Positions 45,448 to 55,022 of a stretch of DNA of 64,000 nt are shown here, in pieces. This stretch comes from an uncultured Gammaproteobacteria bacterium (lineage in GTDB: Bacteria; Patescibacteriota; Patescibacteriia; SG8-24; DYFX01): the NCBI GenBank assembly GCA_964404275.1, contig CAYOJH010000002.1, forward strand, positions 19,042 to 83,041, read 5' to 3'. The translations under genes and the position numbers were made by a program. Under the pieces are notes generated by a model. That model worked only from the letters and a program-made list of their open reading frames with translations. It searched no databases and was not told the DNA's origin. Within the stretch, counting starts at the first letter, position 1; the number at the start of each line of letters is the position of its first letter.

Positions 45448-46878
45448 ATGTCCGTCGCGCGGAACACCGCAACCCTGCTCGTCGCCTCGATTTTGCAGAA
45501 AATCCTGGCTTTCGCGTACTTCGCCGTGATCGCGCGGCTGGCCGGCGTGCACGATACCGGCACCTATTTCTTCGCGCTGTCGTGGACGCTGATGTTTTCG
45601 ATCGTGACGGATTTGGGATTGACCTCGGTCCTGATCCGCGAATCGGCTCGCGATCACGAGCGCGCGGAACACGTCTTGAATCAAGTGCTTTCGCTCAAGG
45701 CACCCCTCATCGCGCTCATGGCGATCGCCTCGATCGGCGCGGCCTACGTGACCGGCACGCGAGGAGTAGCGCTTCTGATGATCACGCTCGGCACGATCGT
45801 GCTGGCGCTCGATGCGACCTCCGTCACGTTTTACGGCCTGCTCCGCGGACACCACGTGCTCGTGTACGAAGGTATCGGCCTCGTGATCGGCCAATCGCTG
45901 ACGCTCGTGATCGGCGGCTTCCTGCTCGCGACGCACGCGCCGCTGTTCATGCTGATGTTCGCGATCGTCGCCGGCAGTTTTTGGAACGCCTGTGCGTCGT
46001 ATTACGTCGTCCGAACCAAGCTCAAGATCCATCCGCGCTTCGCTTGGAACCGCGCGCTCGCCAAGATGATCGTCAAGACCGCGATCCCGTTCGCGCTGGC
46101 GGGAGCGTTCGTGAAAATCTATACCAACATCGACGTCGTGCTGCTCACCAAGTTCGCGGGCGTGACGGCGGCCGGTCTTTACAGCGTGCCGTACAAGCTG
46201 ACCTTCGCGTTCCAATTCATCCCGCTCACCTTCACCGCGGCGCTCTATCCGGCCATGAGCCGGGCGTACGTCGAGGACAAGACCAAACTGGCCGACCTGT
46301 TCCACAAGGCGCTCTGGGCGCTCTCCATGATCGTCGCGCCGATTATCGCGGGGCTGGTCGCGCTCGGGCCGGAGATCGTCCGCGCGGTTTACGGCGCGGC
46401 CTATGCGCCGTCGATCCTGCCGACGCAGATCCTGATTTTCACGTTGATTTTCATCTTCCTCGATATCCCGATCGGCTCGCTCTTGAACGGTTCCGATCGA
46501 CAGGTCACGCAGACGACCTTGATGGGCGTCGCGATGCTCGTGTCGGTCATCTTGAACGTCGCGCTGATTCCCGTGATCGGCGTCATGGGCGCGGTCGCGG
46601 CCTCGCTCGTCAGCCATGCCGTGCTCTGTTTCGGCGGCTTGCACGCGATCGACAAGTTCCTCGCCTGGCCGCGTCTCCGATTCTTCGGCTTGGCGCTCAG
46701 GATCGCGCTCGCGGCCGGCGGCATGGGCGCGGTCGTCTGGCTCGCCAAGCCGCATCTCCCGCTGATCGCTTCGGTGCTCCTGGGCGGCCTGGCTTACGCC
46801 TTTTTTTCCTTCCTCTTCCGTACCGTCTCCGCGGACGATCTCCGCGATTTGACCGGACGGATTTTGAAACGCGCCTGA
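45448..46878 (+). CDS. Polysaccharide biosynthesis flippase (MOP/MATE-like, Wzx family)
   Basis: About 14 TM helices. AAGGCGG Shine-Dalgarno 4-5 nt upstream of the ATG at 45448. Confidence 0.7.
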   Translation: MSVARNTATLLVASILQKILAFAYFAVIARLAGVHDTGTYFFALSWTLMFSIVTDLGLTSVLIRESARDHERAEHVLNQVLSLKAPLIALMAIASIGAAYVTGTRGVALLMITLGTIVLALDATSVTFYGLLRGHHVLVYEGIGLVIGQSLTLVIGGFLLATHAPLFMLMFAIVAGSFWNACASYYVVRTKLKIHPRFAWNRALAKMIVKTAIPFALAGAFVKIYTNIDVVLLTKFAGVTAAGLYSVPYKLTFAFQFIPLTFTAALYPAMSRAYVEDKTKLADLFHKALWALSMIVAPIIAGLVALGPEIVRAVYGAAYAPSILPTQILIFTLIFIFLDIPIGSLLNGSDRQVTQTTLMGVAMLVSVILNVALIPVIGVMGAVAASLVSHAVLCFGGLHAIDKFLAWPRLRFFGLALRIALAAGGMGAVVWLAKPHLPLIASVLLGGLAYAFFSFLFRTVSADDLRDLTGRILKRA

Positions 46879-46888
46879 ATTCCATCGC

Positions 46889-47986
46889 ATGAAATCTTTT
46901 TTCAACCGCTATCGCGCGCACCAGAAAGGCTTCAGCTCGCGTTTCCGTTTCATGAAGGCCGCGCATGAGATGGGTGGAAAAAAAATCCTGCTCGTCACGT
47001 ACGAATATCCGCCCGACCTGGGCGGCGTGGCCAGTTACCTCGGAGGACTCTTCGGCGCGCTGCCGGAGGTGCGCGTGCTGAAGCTTCCGCAGCCAAAATT
47101 CCCGTTCGCCTGGCTCCTGCAATTGCCGAAGATGTGGAAAGCCGCCCGCGCGGCGGATCTTGTGGCCGTTTCGCATCTCCTGCCGCTTGGCACGGCGGCC
47201 ATGCTCTTAGGAAAACCGTACGTCGTCGTCGTCCACGGCCTCGATCTGCGCCTGGCGCGCCGAAAGAAAGGTCTGGCGTCGCGCGTCTTGAAGAAGGCCA
47301 GGCTCATCGTGGCCAACAGTCGCTCGACCGCTTCGGAATTGCCGTTCTTCGGCCTGCCGGCCGCGTCGGCGCTCGTCCTGACGCCCGGGTTCGATCCTTC
47401 GTTCGAAAAATTCGCCGAAAAGGCGGGGCACTCCGCCTTCCAGGCCTCGCTCCTGTCCGTCGGCCGGTTCGTGCCGCGCAAAGGCTTCGACCGTTTGATC
47501 GGCCTCTTGCCCAAGCTGCGCGAACGATGTGGCGACGTGATGCTGATTTTGGCCGGCTCCGGTCCGGAAGAGGGGAAGCTCCGCCAGGAGGCGAAGAAGC
47601 TCGGCATGAGCGCCCACGTCCAGTTCGTGATCGCGCCGGATCGCGTCACCCTGGCCGCCCACTACTGGGCCTGCGAAGTTTTCGCGCTGGCGGCTCGCGC
47701 CTCCGAAGATGACGTCGAAGGCTTCGGCATCGTCTGCCTGGAAGCCGCGCTGTTCGGCAAGCCGGTCGTGGCCACGCGCGCCGGCGGCCTGGCCGAAGCG
47801 GTGGCGGACAATGAAACGGGCCTTCTGGCCGATCCCGGTTCGGACCAAGAGCTGCTGGAAAAACTCGCTTCGCTTTTCGCGGACCATGAGCGGGCGCGCC
47901 GTTTGGGCGCAGCCGGACGCGCGCGCGTCCTGCGCGACTTCCGCTGGGAAGACCGCGCGAAACTGTTGCGGGAACGCCTGGCATGA
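46889..47986 (+). CDS. Glycosyltransferase family 4
   Basis: EGFGIVCLEAALFGKPVVATRAGGLAEAV...GLL is the GT4 E-x7-E region. The start may be a downstream ATG. Confidence 0.8.
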   Translation: MKSFFNRYRAHQKGFSSRFRFMKAAHEMGGKKILLVTYEYPPDLGGVASYLGGLFGALPEVRVLKLPQPKFPFAWLLQLPKMWKAARAADLVAVSHLLPLGTAAMLLGKPYVVVVHGLDLRLARRKKGLASRVLKKARLIVANSRSTASELPFFGLPAASALVLTPGFDPSFEKFAEKAGHSAFQASLLSVGRFVPRKGFDRLIGLLPKLRERCGDVMLILAGSGPEEGKLRQEAKKLGMSAHVQFVIAPDRVTLAAHYWACEVFALAARASEDDVEGFGIVCLEAALFGKPVVATRAGGLAEAVADNETGLLADPGSDQELLEKLASLFADHERARRLGAAGRARVLRDFRWEDRAKLLRERLA

Positions 47987-48690
47987 AAAAAATTTCCGTC
48001 ATCATCCCGTGCTACAACCACGCCTCCACGATCGGCCGCTGCCTGGAGAGCGTTTTCGCGCAGACGTACGAAAACGTCGAAGTGATCGTGGTTGACGACG
48101 GCTCGCGGGACGCGCTGGATGCCGCCCTCGCGCTGTTTCGCGATCGCGTCCGCGTGATCCGCCAGCACAACCAAGGCGGACCCGCCGCCCGCAACCGCGG
48201 CTTCCGCGAATCGACGGGCGACTTCGTGATGTTCTGCGACGCCGACGCGCGTTTGCGGAAAGACGCCCTTGAAAAATTGTCGGCGGCGCTCGAGGCGCAT
48301 CCCGAAGCGGCCTACGCCTATGCTTCTTTCAGATTCGGCTGGAAAAAATTCCCGCTCGGTCCGTTCGATCCCGAACGCCTCAAGAAGCATAATTACATCC
48401 ACACGGGGTCCTTGATCCGCCGCGAAGCCTTTCCGGGTTTCGACGAGACGCTCAAGCGCTTCCAGGACTGGGACCTTTGGCTTACGATGATGGAGCAAGG
48501 GAAGACCGGCATTTGGGTTCCCGAAATGCTGAGCAAGGTCCACGTCTCCTCGAAGCGAGGCGGCATCTCGAATTGGCTGCCGAAATTCGTCTACCGTCTG
48601 CCCTGGCGCCTGCTCGGCTGGAAACCGAAGCGCCTCTCCGACTACGAAGAGGCCGCGACCGTGATCCGAAAAAAACATCGCCTGGCATGA
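47983..48690 (+). CDS. Glycosyltransferase family 2
   Basis: ISVIIPCYNHAST...VIVVDDGSRD and DxD motif FCDADA. ATGA overlap with the previous gene. Confidence 0.8.
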   Translation: MKKISVIIPCYNHASTIGRCLESVFAQTYENVEVIVVDDGSRDALDAALALFRDRVRVIRQHNQGGPAARNRGFRESTGDFVMFCDADARLRKDALEKLSAALEAHPEAAYAYASFRFGWKKFPLGPFDPERLKKHNYIHTGSLIRREAFPGFDETLKRFQDWDLWLTMMEQGKTGIWVPEMLSKVHVSSKRGGISNWLPKFVYRLPWRLLGWKPKRLSDYEEAATVIRKKHRLA

Positions 48691-49574
48691 GCCGTCCCGC
48701 CGATCTCTCGATCGTGACCGTCAACTGGAAAGTCGCCGAACTGGTCGGCGAGCTTTTGGGCTCGATCGAAGCCAACAAAGAAGATTTGGCGCTCGAGATT
48801 TTCGTCGTCGACAACGATTCCCGTGACGACCTCGAAAACGTCGTCACGCGTTTCAAGAATCGCTCCGGCATTCCGATCACGCTGATCAAGAACGCGCGGA
48901 ATCTCGGCTTCGCGGCCGCCAATAACATCGCGCTGCGCCGCGCCTCCGGCCGCTACGTCGCCCTGCTCAATCCCGACGCACGCGCGACGCACGGATCCTT
49001 GAAAGCCATGCTTTCCTGGATGGACGCGCATGCGGACGTCGGCATCGCCGGCCCGAAACTCTTGAACGTCGACGGTTCGCTTCAGGCGTCAGTCCGCCGC
49101 TTTCCGACGCTTTGGGATCAGACGCTGATTCTTTTGAAAGTCCAGCACCTCTGGCCCGACGCGCCCGCTTTCAAGCGATACCTGGCGAAGGATTTTGACT
49201 ACGCGAAAGCGCAGGACGTCGATCAGGTCATGGGCGCCGCCTTGTTCGTGCGCCAGGACGTGTTCAAGAAGATCGGCCTGCTCGACGAGGCGTTTTTCAT
49301 CTGGTTCGAGGAGGTGGATTTCTGCAAACGCGCCAAGGACGTCGGCTGGCGCATCGTGTATACACCCATAGCCTCGTTCATCCATCACGGCGGCGCCAGC
49401 TTCGCCAAGGCGATGACCTTCAAGAAACAGCGCTATTTCACGAACAGCATGCGGATCTATTTCGCCAAGCATCGCGGCGCTTGGACGAGCGTCGTGCTGG
49501 CGCTGCCGATGCTCTTCGGCCTCGGTTCCGCCGCGCTCTTTTCCCTATGGACTTCCGCACCCCGCAAATCGTGA
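48687..49574 (+). CDS. Glycosyltransferase family 2 (rhamnosyltransferase-like)
   Basis: LSIVTVNWK...IFVVDNDSRDD and LLNPDA. ATGA overlap with the previous gene. Confidence 0.75.
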   Translation: MSRPADLSIVTVNWKVAELVGELLGSIEANKEDLALEIFVVDNDSRDDLENVVTRFKNRSGIPITLIKNARNLGFAAANNIALRRASGRYVALLNPDARATHGSLKAMLSWMDAHADVGIAGPKLLNVDGSLQASVRRFPTLWDQTLILLKVQHLWPDAPAFKRYLAKDFDYAKAQDVDQVMGAALFVRQDVFKKIGLLDEAFFIWFEEVDFCKRAKDVGWRIVYTPIASFIHHGGASFAKAMTFKKQRYFTNSMRIYFAKHRGAWTSVVLALPMLFGLGSAALFSLWTSAPRKS

Positions 49575-51073
49575 AAAAACACCTGCCGCTTTTCGTGTTC
49601 CTGCTGTCGGGAACGCTCGAGATGGTGTCGTATTGGGGCTGGCACGCGCCCGAGGTGCGAATTTCGGCGCTGGCGTTCCTCGGCATCGGAGCGCTCGTGC
49701 TGGCGTGCCTTGACTTGCGCTGGCTCTTCGCCCTGGTCCTGATCGAAGCGGTCATCGGCAGCCATGGCCGCCTGTTCTTCGCCGACGTCGGCGGCTTCTC
49801 GCTCTCGCTCAGGATGACGCTCTTCGCCGTCCTGGTCGCGGGCTGGACGCTGCACGCCGCGCGGGGCTGCGCCCGCATCCTGCACTTTCGCCACGTGCAC
49901 GTGGCGGGACCGCTCCTGCTGCTCGTGGCCGCCGTGACCTTGGCGTCCGTGCGCGGCTGGGGGATGGGCGCGCCGCTTTCCGAAATTTTCAACGACGCGA
50001 ACGGGTACGCCTTTCTGCTCCTGATCCCGATCGGACTCGACCTCTTCGCCGACCGTCCGGCCTTCGCCTGGCTCTTGCGGGCGCTCTCCGGCGCCGTCGC
50101 CTGGCTCTGCGCGAAGAGCTTGCTGCTCTTGTATGTCTTTTCGCACTCGTTCAAAGGCGGCTTCTTGCCGGATCTCTACGCTTGGCAGCGCAAATTCGGC
50201 CTGACGGAGATCACGCATCTTTCCGGCGGGGCGGTCCGCGTCTTCGCCGCTTCGGACGTCCTGTTGATTCCTGCGCTCGCGCTCGGCGCGCTCTTCGCCT
50301 GGGAAACGAAGCGCCGCTCCGTTTTCCTGTGGACTTCGCTCGTCGGGGCGACCTTGCTGCTCAGCTTGTCGCGCAGCTTCTGGCTCGGCCTGATGGTCGC
50401 GACGACCTTCATGCTGCCGGTCCTGCTGCGCTTCGAGCTCGCGCCGCTCCGCGCGCTCGGCCGGCTGTTCTTGAAAGGCTGCTACGCGATCCTGCTCGGC
50501 GCGGCCCTGCTCGCGGCGCTCGTGCTTTTCCCGCTGCCCAAGCCGGCCGCGAACGCCTCCGCCTGGTCGGTCTACGGCGGACATTTCGTCGACGCGAGCG
50601 ACGCGGCCGTTTCGAGCCGCTGGAACATGCTTCAGCCTTTGCATGACGGCATCGCCGCCGCGCCGATCCTGGGCTCCGGCTTCGGGGCGCAGATCACGTA
50701 TCACTCCGACGATCCGCGCATGCAGGATCTGTATCCGGGCGGCGCCGTCACGACCGGCGCGATCGAATGGCAGTACCTCGAAATCTGGTTCAAGATGGGC
50801 CTCTTCGGCCTCCTGGCCGTGTTTTGGCTGTGGTGGCGGATCGGCCTGCTCTTCTGGAAAACATTCGAGACGGCCCGGGGAGAGGACCGTCTCGTGGCCG
50901 CGGGCTTGATGCTGTCGTTCCTGGCCTTCGTCGTCGCCAATTTGTTCACGCCGTACGTCAATCATCCGCTCGGCTGGTGTTTCCTGACGCTCGTGATCGT
51001 CGGCTTCCATGCCGCCGAAGAACACGCGCGGCCCGAACATCACGAGGTTCCTAGGCCAATTCGGCTCCGTTGA
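49547..51073 (+). CDS. O-antigen ligase / polymerase-like membrane protein (Wzy_C family)
   Basis: Polytopic, with SLSRSFWLGLMV (SR..WL motif of the O-antigen ligase family) and a large loop. Confidence 0.6.
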   Translation: MDFRTPQIVKKHLPLFVFLLSGTLEMVSYWGWHAPEVRISALAFLGIGALVLACLDLRWLFALVLIEAVIGSHGRLFFADVGGFSLSLRMTLFAVLVAGWTLHAARGCARILHFRHVHVAGPLLLLVAAVTLASVRGWGMGAPLSEIFNDANGYAFLLLIPIGLDLFADRPAFAWLLRALSGAVAWLCAKSLLLLYVFSHSFKGGFLPDLYAWQRKFGLTEITHLSGGAVRVFAASDVLLIPALALGALFAWETKRRSVFLWTSLVGATLLLSLSRSFWLGLMVATTFMLPVLLRFELAPLRALGRLFLKGCYAILLGAALLAALVLFPLPKPAANASAWSVYGGHFVDASDAAVSSRWNMLQPLHDGIAAAPILGSGFGAQITYHSDDPRMQDLYPGGAVTTGAIEWQYLEIWFKMGLFGLLAVFWLWWRIGLLFWKTFETARGEDRLVAAGLMLSFLAFVVANLFTPYVNHPLGWCFLTLVIVGFHAAEEHARPEHHEVPRPIRLR

Positions 51074-52013
51074 AATCGGGATGGCCGTTCAAAAAAGCTT
51101 TCGCTTCGATTTCGTTTTTTCCTTCGAGCTGAATCGTCTTGAGAAGGAGGGAACCCGTGCCGCAATTCACGCCGAGCGTGCCGTCGGACAATGCGCAGAC
51201 GGTGCCATGTTTTCCGCTCGCATCGCAGAAGCTGGTCGGATGGAGCAAGGAGGCTTTCTTGATCGTGAGCTTCAGGGGTTTGCCTTTGCGGGTCCAGGTC
51301 GTGAAGGCTTCCGGCCAGGGCTGCATGGCACGGACGAAACGTTCGATTTCGACGGCGGATTTCGACCAGTCGATGCGTCCGTGCCCGCGCTCCAGGATGC
51401 CGGCATAGCTCGCTTGGGAGTGGTCCTGGGCTTTCGGCTGGAGCGCGCCGCCGAGATAGGCCTTGAGCGTCGGCAAGATCAGGTCCGCGCCGAGCGCCGA
51501 GAGCTTGCTCGTCAGCGTCGTGGTCGTGTCGTCATCGGCGATCGGCAGGCGCGCCACGCCAAGCACTGGGCCTTCATCCATTTTTTCGTTCATGACCATG
51601 ATCGTCACGCCGGTTTCTTTTTCGCCCGCGGCGATGGCGGCGGAGATCGGCGAGGCGCCGCGATAGTTCGGCAAGATCGACGCATGCACGTTCACGCCGC
51701 CGAAGGCGGGAATTTCCAAAAGCGTACGCGGCAGGATTTTTCCATATGAGACGACGACGAAAGCTTGGACGCCGAGACGCTGGAAATGGGCGAGGGCGGC
51801 TTCGTCACGCAGGGATTCCGGCTGGAAGACCGGCAGCCCGAGGCCGAGCGCGGCGCGTTTGACGTCCGGCGCGGTCAGGACCTTTTTGCGTCCGGCCGGA
51901 CGGTCCGGCTGCGTCACGACCTCGAGAATCGAAAAATCCCCGTCGGCGGCCAGGCGCTCGAGCACGGGGACGGCGAAATCCGAAGTGCCGAAGAAGGCGA
52001 TCTTAGACGTCAT
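51051..52013 (-). CDS. fmt: Methionyl-tRNA formyltransferase
   Basis: IAFFGTSDFAVPVL...VVTQPDRPAGRKK, HASILPNYRGASPI. Confidence 0.9.
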   Translation of the reverse strand: MTSKIAFFGTSDFAVPVLERLAADGDFSILEVVTQPDRPAGRKKVLTAPDVKRAALGLGLPVFQPESLRDEAALAHFQRLGVQAFVVVSYGKILPRTLLEIPAFGGVNVHASILPNYRGASPISAAIAAGEKETGVTIMVMNEKMDEGPVLGVARLPIADDDTTTTLTSKLSALGADLILPTLKAYLGGALQPKAQDHSQASYAGILERGHGRIDWSKSAVEIERFVRAMQPWPEAFTTWTRKGKPLKLTIKKASLLHPTSFCDASGKHGTVCALSDGTLGVNCGTGSLLLKTIQLEGKNEIEAKAFLNGHPDFNGAELA

Positions 52014-52467
52014 AGACTTTTTTGGCGCGGTCGACGAACAGCACGCCATCGAGGTGATCGAGCTCGTGCTGCAAGACGCGGGCGAAAAATCCGTGCGCGT
52101 CGTGCGTGACCGGCTTGCCCTCGCGATCGAGTCCCTTGAGCGTGAAGCCGCGCGCGCGGCGGACGATGCCCCATTTGCCGGGAACCGACAAACAGCCCTC
52201 TTCGCCGTCCTCCATGCGCCAGGATTTCTTGACCAGCACGGGGTTGATGACGATGTGCGGCGTCTTGCCGTCGACGGCCACGAAGACGCGAACCCAGCGC
52301 CCCGCTTGCGGAGCGGCGATGCCGACGCCGTCGGCTTTCCACATGGTTTCGACGAGATCGTCGAGCCAGACCTGGAAGTCCGGGGTGGAAATGTCTTTGG
52401 GATCGACCTCGGCCGAACGGGTCCTGAGCTGCGGATTCGGCAGGGTCACGATGGGTAATTTGGCCAT
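52003..52467 (-). CDS. def: Peptide deformylase
   Basis: GVGIAAPQ, EGCLSVPG, HELDHLDG metal-binding motifs. Confidence 0.9.
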   Translation of the reverse strand: MAKLPIVTLPNPQLRTRSAEVDPKDISTPDFQVWLDDLVETMWKADGVGIAAPQAGRWVRVFVAVDGKTPHIVINPVLVKKSWRMEDGEEGCLSVPGKWGIVRRARGFTLKGLDREGKPVTHDAHGFFARVLQHELDHLDGVLFVDRAKKVYDV

Positions 52468-52486
52468 AGAAAACGCGCTCAACCTA

Positions 52487-52753
52487 TCACTTTTTGGGGT
52501 TTTTGGCAAGCCACATGAAGAGCTTGCGGGGACTGGCCACATTGGCGCTTTCGCTCTTGAGTTCGGCGAAAATCGCGCGTGCCTTCGGAATGCCCATGCG
52601 GGTGATGACCCCGAGGTACATGCCGAACTTTTTGCGTTCGTTGAAATAGATGCTCATCTCCTCGGCCAAGACATGCGCTTCCGAATGGAGCCGCTTGTTG
52701 ACCGTTGCGCCCGCGCGCTTCTTGATGACGCCGCCGATGCCTTCCATGCTCAT
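52487..52753 (-). CDS. Small hypothetical protein (88 aa), possibly HTH-containing
   Basis: ATGA-coupled to the upstream gene. GMYLGVITRMGIPKARAIFAEL resembles an HTH. Confidence 0.4.
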   Translation of the reverse strand: MSMEGIGGVIKKRAGATVNKRLHSEAHVLAEEMSIYFNERKKFGMYLGVITRMGIPKARAIFAELKSESANVASPRKLFMWLAKNPKK

Positions 52754-53544
52754 GCGAGTTTGTAGTTGGCCGTGAGATAGCCGATGCCGAACGGACTTTC
52801 GTACGAAAGAATTTCGGGCGCGGCTTCGATGCCGTCCATGATGCCCGAGAGGATCGTGAGCGACGGCAGCGCGCACTGCGCGGCCTTCTCGGCCAGCTGC
52901 GGCTCGAACGTCACGAAGGCCGAAGGTTTTTTCTCCTGGAGGATCGCCAGGACCTTGTCGTCGAACTTTTTTCCGTACGGCGAATAGCCGGCGGGGGACG
53001 AGCGCGCCAGGCGATGCGAGAGATCGACCGAGCCGATCACGGCCACGCGGCGGTCGGCATGCATCAGGACTTCCTGGATGGCTTGGCCGAATTCGAAGTG
53101 CGCCTTGAGCGGCAGTTGCGACGGCGAGACCGGCAGGATCGCGACGGGCGAGAGACGCGACGCGAGGTAGGTCAGCGGTACCACGACGCCGTAATCGAGG
53201 CCGGCGTCGGAGCGCAGCATGAACGGCACGCCGCGGTCTTCGAGATGCTCCTTGAGCGCGCTGGCCAGGCGGAAATCGGAACGGAATTCGAGCGGCACCT
53301 CGAACACGCCGAAATTCTTGAGATCGGGTTCGTAGCGCTCGCGAAGCTCCATCGTGAAGTGGTCCGCTTCGACGCGGCCGTGCGGAGAAACGATCAGGAT
53401 CGCGTCGGGCCGCGCGGCGTAGAGGTCCTGTTCGAGCCGGCGCAGCGCGGTCAAGGTCTTCTTGAGCTTCTTCAAATGCTCCTTGCCGACTGAGGGCAGG
53501 AGAACCGGCGTGTGCGGGACGATGGCGGAAAAGACGAGAGACAT
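52750..53544 (-). CDS. MEMO1/LigB-type (class III extradiol-dioxygenase-like, AmmeMemoRadiSam protein B-like) family protein
   Basis: IVPHTP...ILIVSPHG and VDLSHRL His-containing motifs. Confidence 0.55.
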   Translation of the reverse strand: MSLVFSAIVPHTPVLLPSVGKEHLKKLKKTLTALRRLEQDLYAARPDAILIVSPHGRVEADHFTMELRERYEPDLKNFGVFEVPLEFRSDFRLASALKEHLEDRGVPFMLRSDAGLDYGVVVPLTYLASRLSPVAILPVSPSQLPLKAHFEFGQAIQEVLMHADRRVAVIGSVDLSHRLARSSPAGYSPYGKKFDDKVLAILQEKKPSAFVTFEPQLAEKAAQCALPSLTILSGIMDGIEAAPEILSYESPFGIGYLTANYKLA

Positions 53545-53545
53545 G

Positions 53546-54973
53546 TTATTGGGCCAAGGCGGTTTGCGCGGAGGCCGGCGCCGCGGCCGGGATGCCGGTG
53601 ACCGGCTGGCCGAGCGGGTGCAGGTTCAAGACGGCGTCGGTCGTCCAGATGATGCGCTTCCAGGAATAGCCGAGCTGTTCGAAGGCTTCGCCCGAGATGA
53701 TCGGCCGACGCTGGCCGTTCGAAATCACGAAGACCGCCTTGTGCGCGCCGGGGCTGGTGATCAGATCGCCGTCATTGAAGAGGAGAGGAGAGGCCGTCTC
53801 GTATTTCGCGAGCGCGTCCGGCGCGACGACGCTGATCCGCTTGTTCGGATAATCGGCTTTCATGATTGAGGCGTCGATGATCGGGCTCTTCTTGCCGCCT
53901 TCGACGAAATAGACGCCGCCGGTCTTTTTGTCCTGAAGCAGGGCGCCGGTCGGGTAGGCGCTCTTCAGCGTGATCGGGTCGCCATCGGCGTACGGCGCGA
54001 GGTCGGTCGGATCGACGTCATCGACTTCTTCCGGATCGAAGCCGATCTCGCGGAAGACTTCCATCGAGGCGATCGGCCGCTTTTTGTCGCCGACCAAAAG
54101 ATAGATGGTTCCCGTGCCCGGATCGCGGACGAGGGAATAGTCGGCGAATTGGATCGGCGCGCCGTCTTCAAAACCGGCCAGCACCGCGTCGGAGACGGGG
54201 ATGATTTTTTTCGCGTCGACGCGCGTATGCAGCGCACTCTTGTTGGCGAAGGCGCGCTTCAGGCCGCTCTGGATCAGATAGACCGTGCCGTCGGAACCGG
54301 AGAGCGCCGAGCCGTCCGGATAACCGAGCGAGAACCACTGGTCCCAGATCGTCCGCAGATTCTGGTTGCCGTGGAGATGCGGCGTATACGTATAGAGGAT
54401 GGCCGAAGCGAGGTTGGCGGGGGTCACCTGCTGGCCGTCGATGGCCACGGAGATGCCGGGAAAATAGCCGAAGGACCGCGCGGCGCCCGAGGTGTCCTGA
54501 TCGTAGATGTAGCGCACGAACGAGGCCGCGTTCACGATCTGCGAGGTGAAGCCGCGATAGCGCTGCCAGTTCGGGTCGTCGCAGGTCGAGCCGTCTGGGC
54601 GTCCGTAACCGGCGGCCCAATCGATCTGGCATTGACTGGGACCGCGGTCATCCACCAGGCTCTGCTCTTTCTGGATGAGGGCGAGCAGGAAGCGCGGATT
54701 CACGCCGGCCGCCTTGCCGTAGTAGTCGACGAGATAGCCCGGCGTCTTCATGGAGCCGTCGAGATCCGTAAATTTCATGGACGCCAGCGCGCCGCCGTGG
54801 GCCACCAGGAATTTTTGCGAAAAGCCGTCCGGCACGTTGATATCGGTCAGGTCGCTGTCGGACAGGACGTAGCCCGGATCGGCGTCCGAGGCGGCGCGCA
54901 CGGGAAATGCGGCCATGAGCAGCGAAATCTGCAGGAAAATCAGCAAGAATTTGCGCATAAGCGCCCTCAGCAT
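53546..54973 (-). CDS. Secreted hypothetical protein with a roughly 60-aa internal repeat array
   Basis: Signal peptide MLRALMRKFLLIFLQISLLMAAFPVRA. Repeats of the form G-x-[IV]Y[LF][IV]-x2-G-x-[KR]-[RS]-P-I occur at least four times. The first 266 codons of the ORF-track entry are antisense to htrA and were rejected. Confidence 0.5.
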   Translation of the reverse strand: MLRALMRKFLLIFLQISLLMAAFPVRAASDADPGYVLSDSDLTDINVPDGFSQKFLVAHGGALASMKFTDLDGSMKTPGYLVDYYGKAAGVNPRFLLALIQKEQSLVDDRGPSQCQIDWAAGYGRPDGSTCDDPNWQRYRGFTSQIVNAASFVRYIYDQDTSGAARSFGYFPGISVAIDGQQVTPANLASAILYTYTPHLHGNQNLRTIWDQWFSLGYPDGSALSGSDGTVYLIQSGLKRAFANKSALHTRVDAKKIIPVSDAVLAGFEDGAPIQFADYSLVRDPGTGTIYLLVGDKKRPIASMEVFREIGFDPEEVDDVDPTDLAPYADGDPITLKSAYPTGALLQDKKTGGVYFVEGGKKSPIIDASIMKADYPNKRISVVAPDALAKYETASPLLFNDGDLITSPGAHKAVFVISNGQRRPIISGEAFEQLGYSWKRIIWTTDAVLNLHPLGQPVTGIPAAAPASAQTALAQ

Positions 54974-55022
54974 AGCACGCGAAAAGGTTGATTGGCAATC
55001 GCCCGGCAGGTACCATGGCGGC

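Noticed and set aside
45403-46905. 500-aa minus-strand and 491-aa plus-strand alternate-frame ORFs
   Set aside because: They are antisense to or out of frame with the flippase. R/D/E/G-rich.
49457-51043. 528-aa minus-strand ORF
   Set aside because: It is antisense to the Wzy-like membrane protein.
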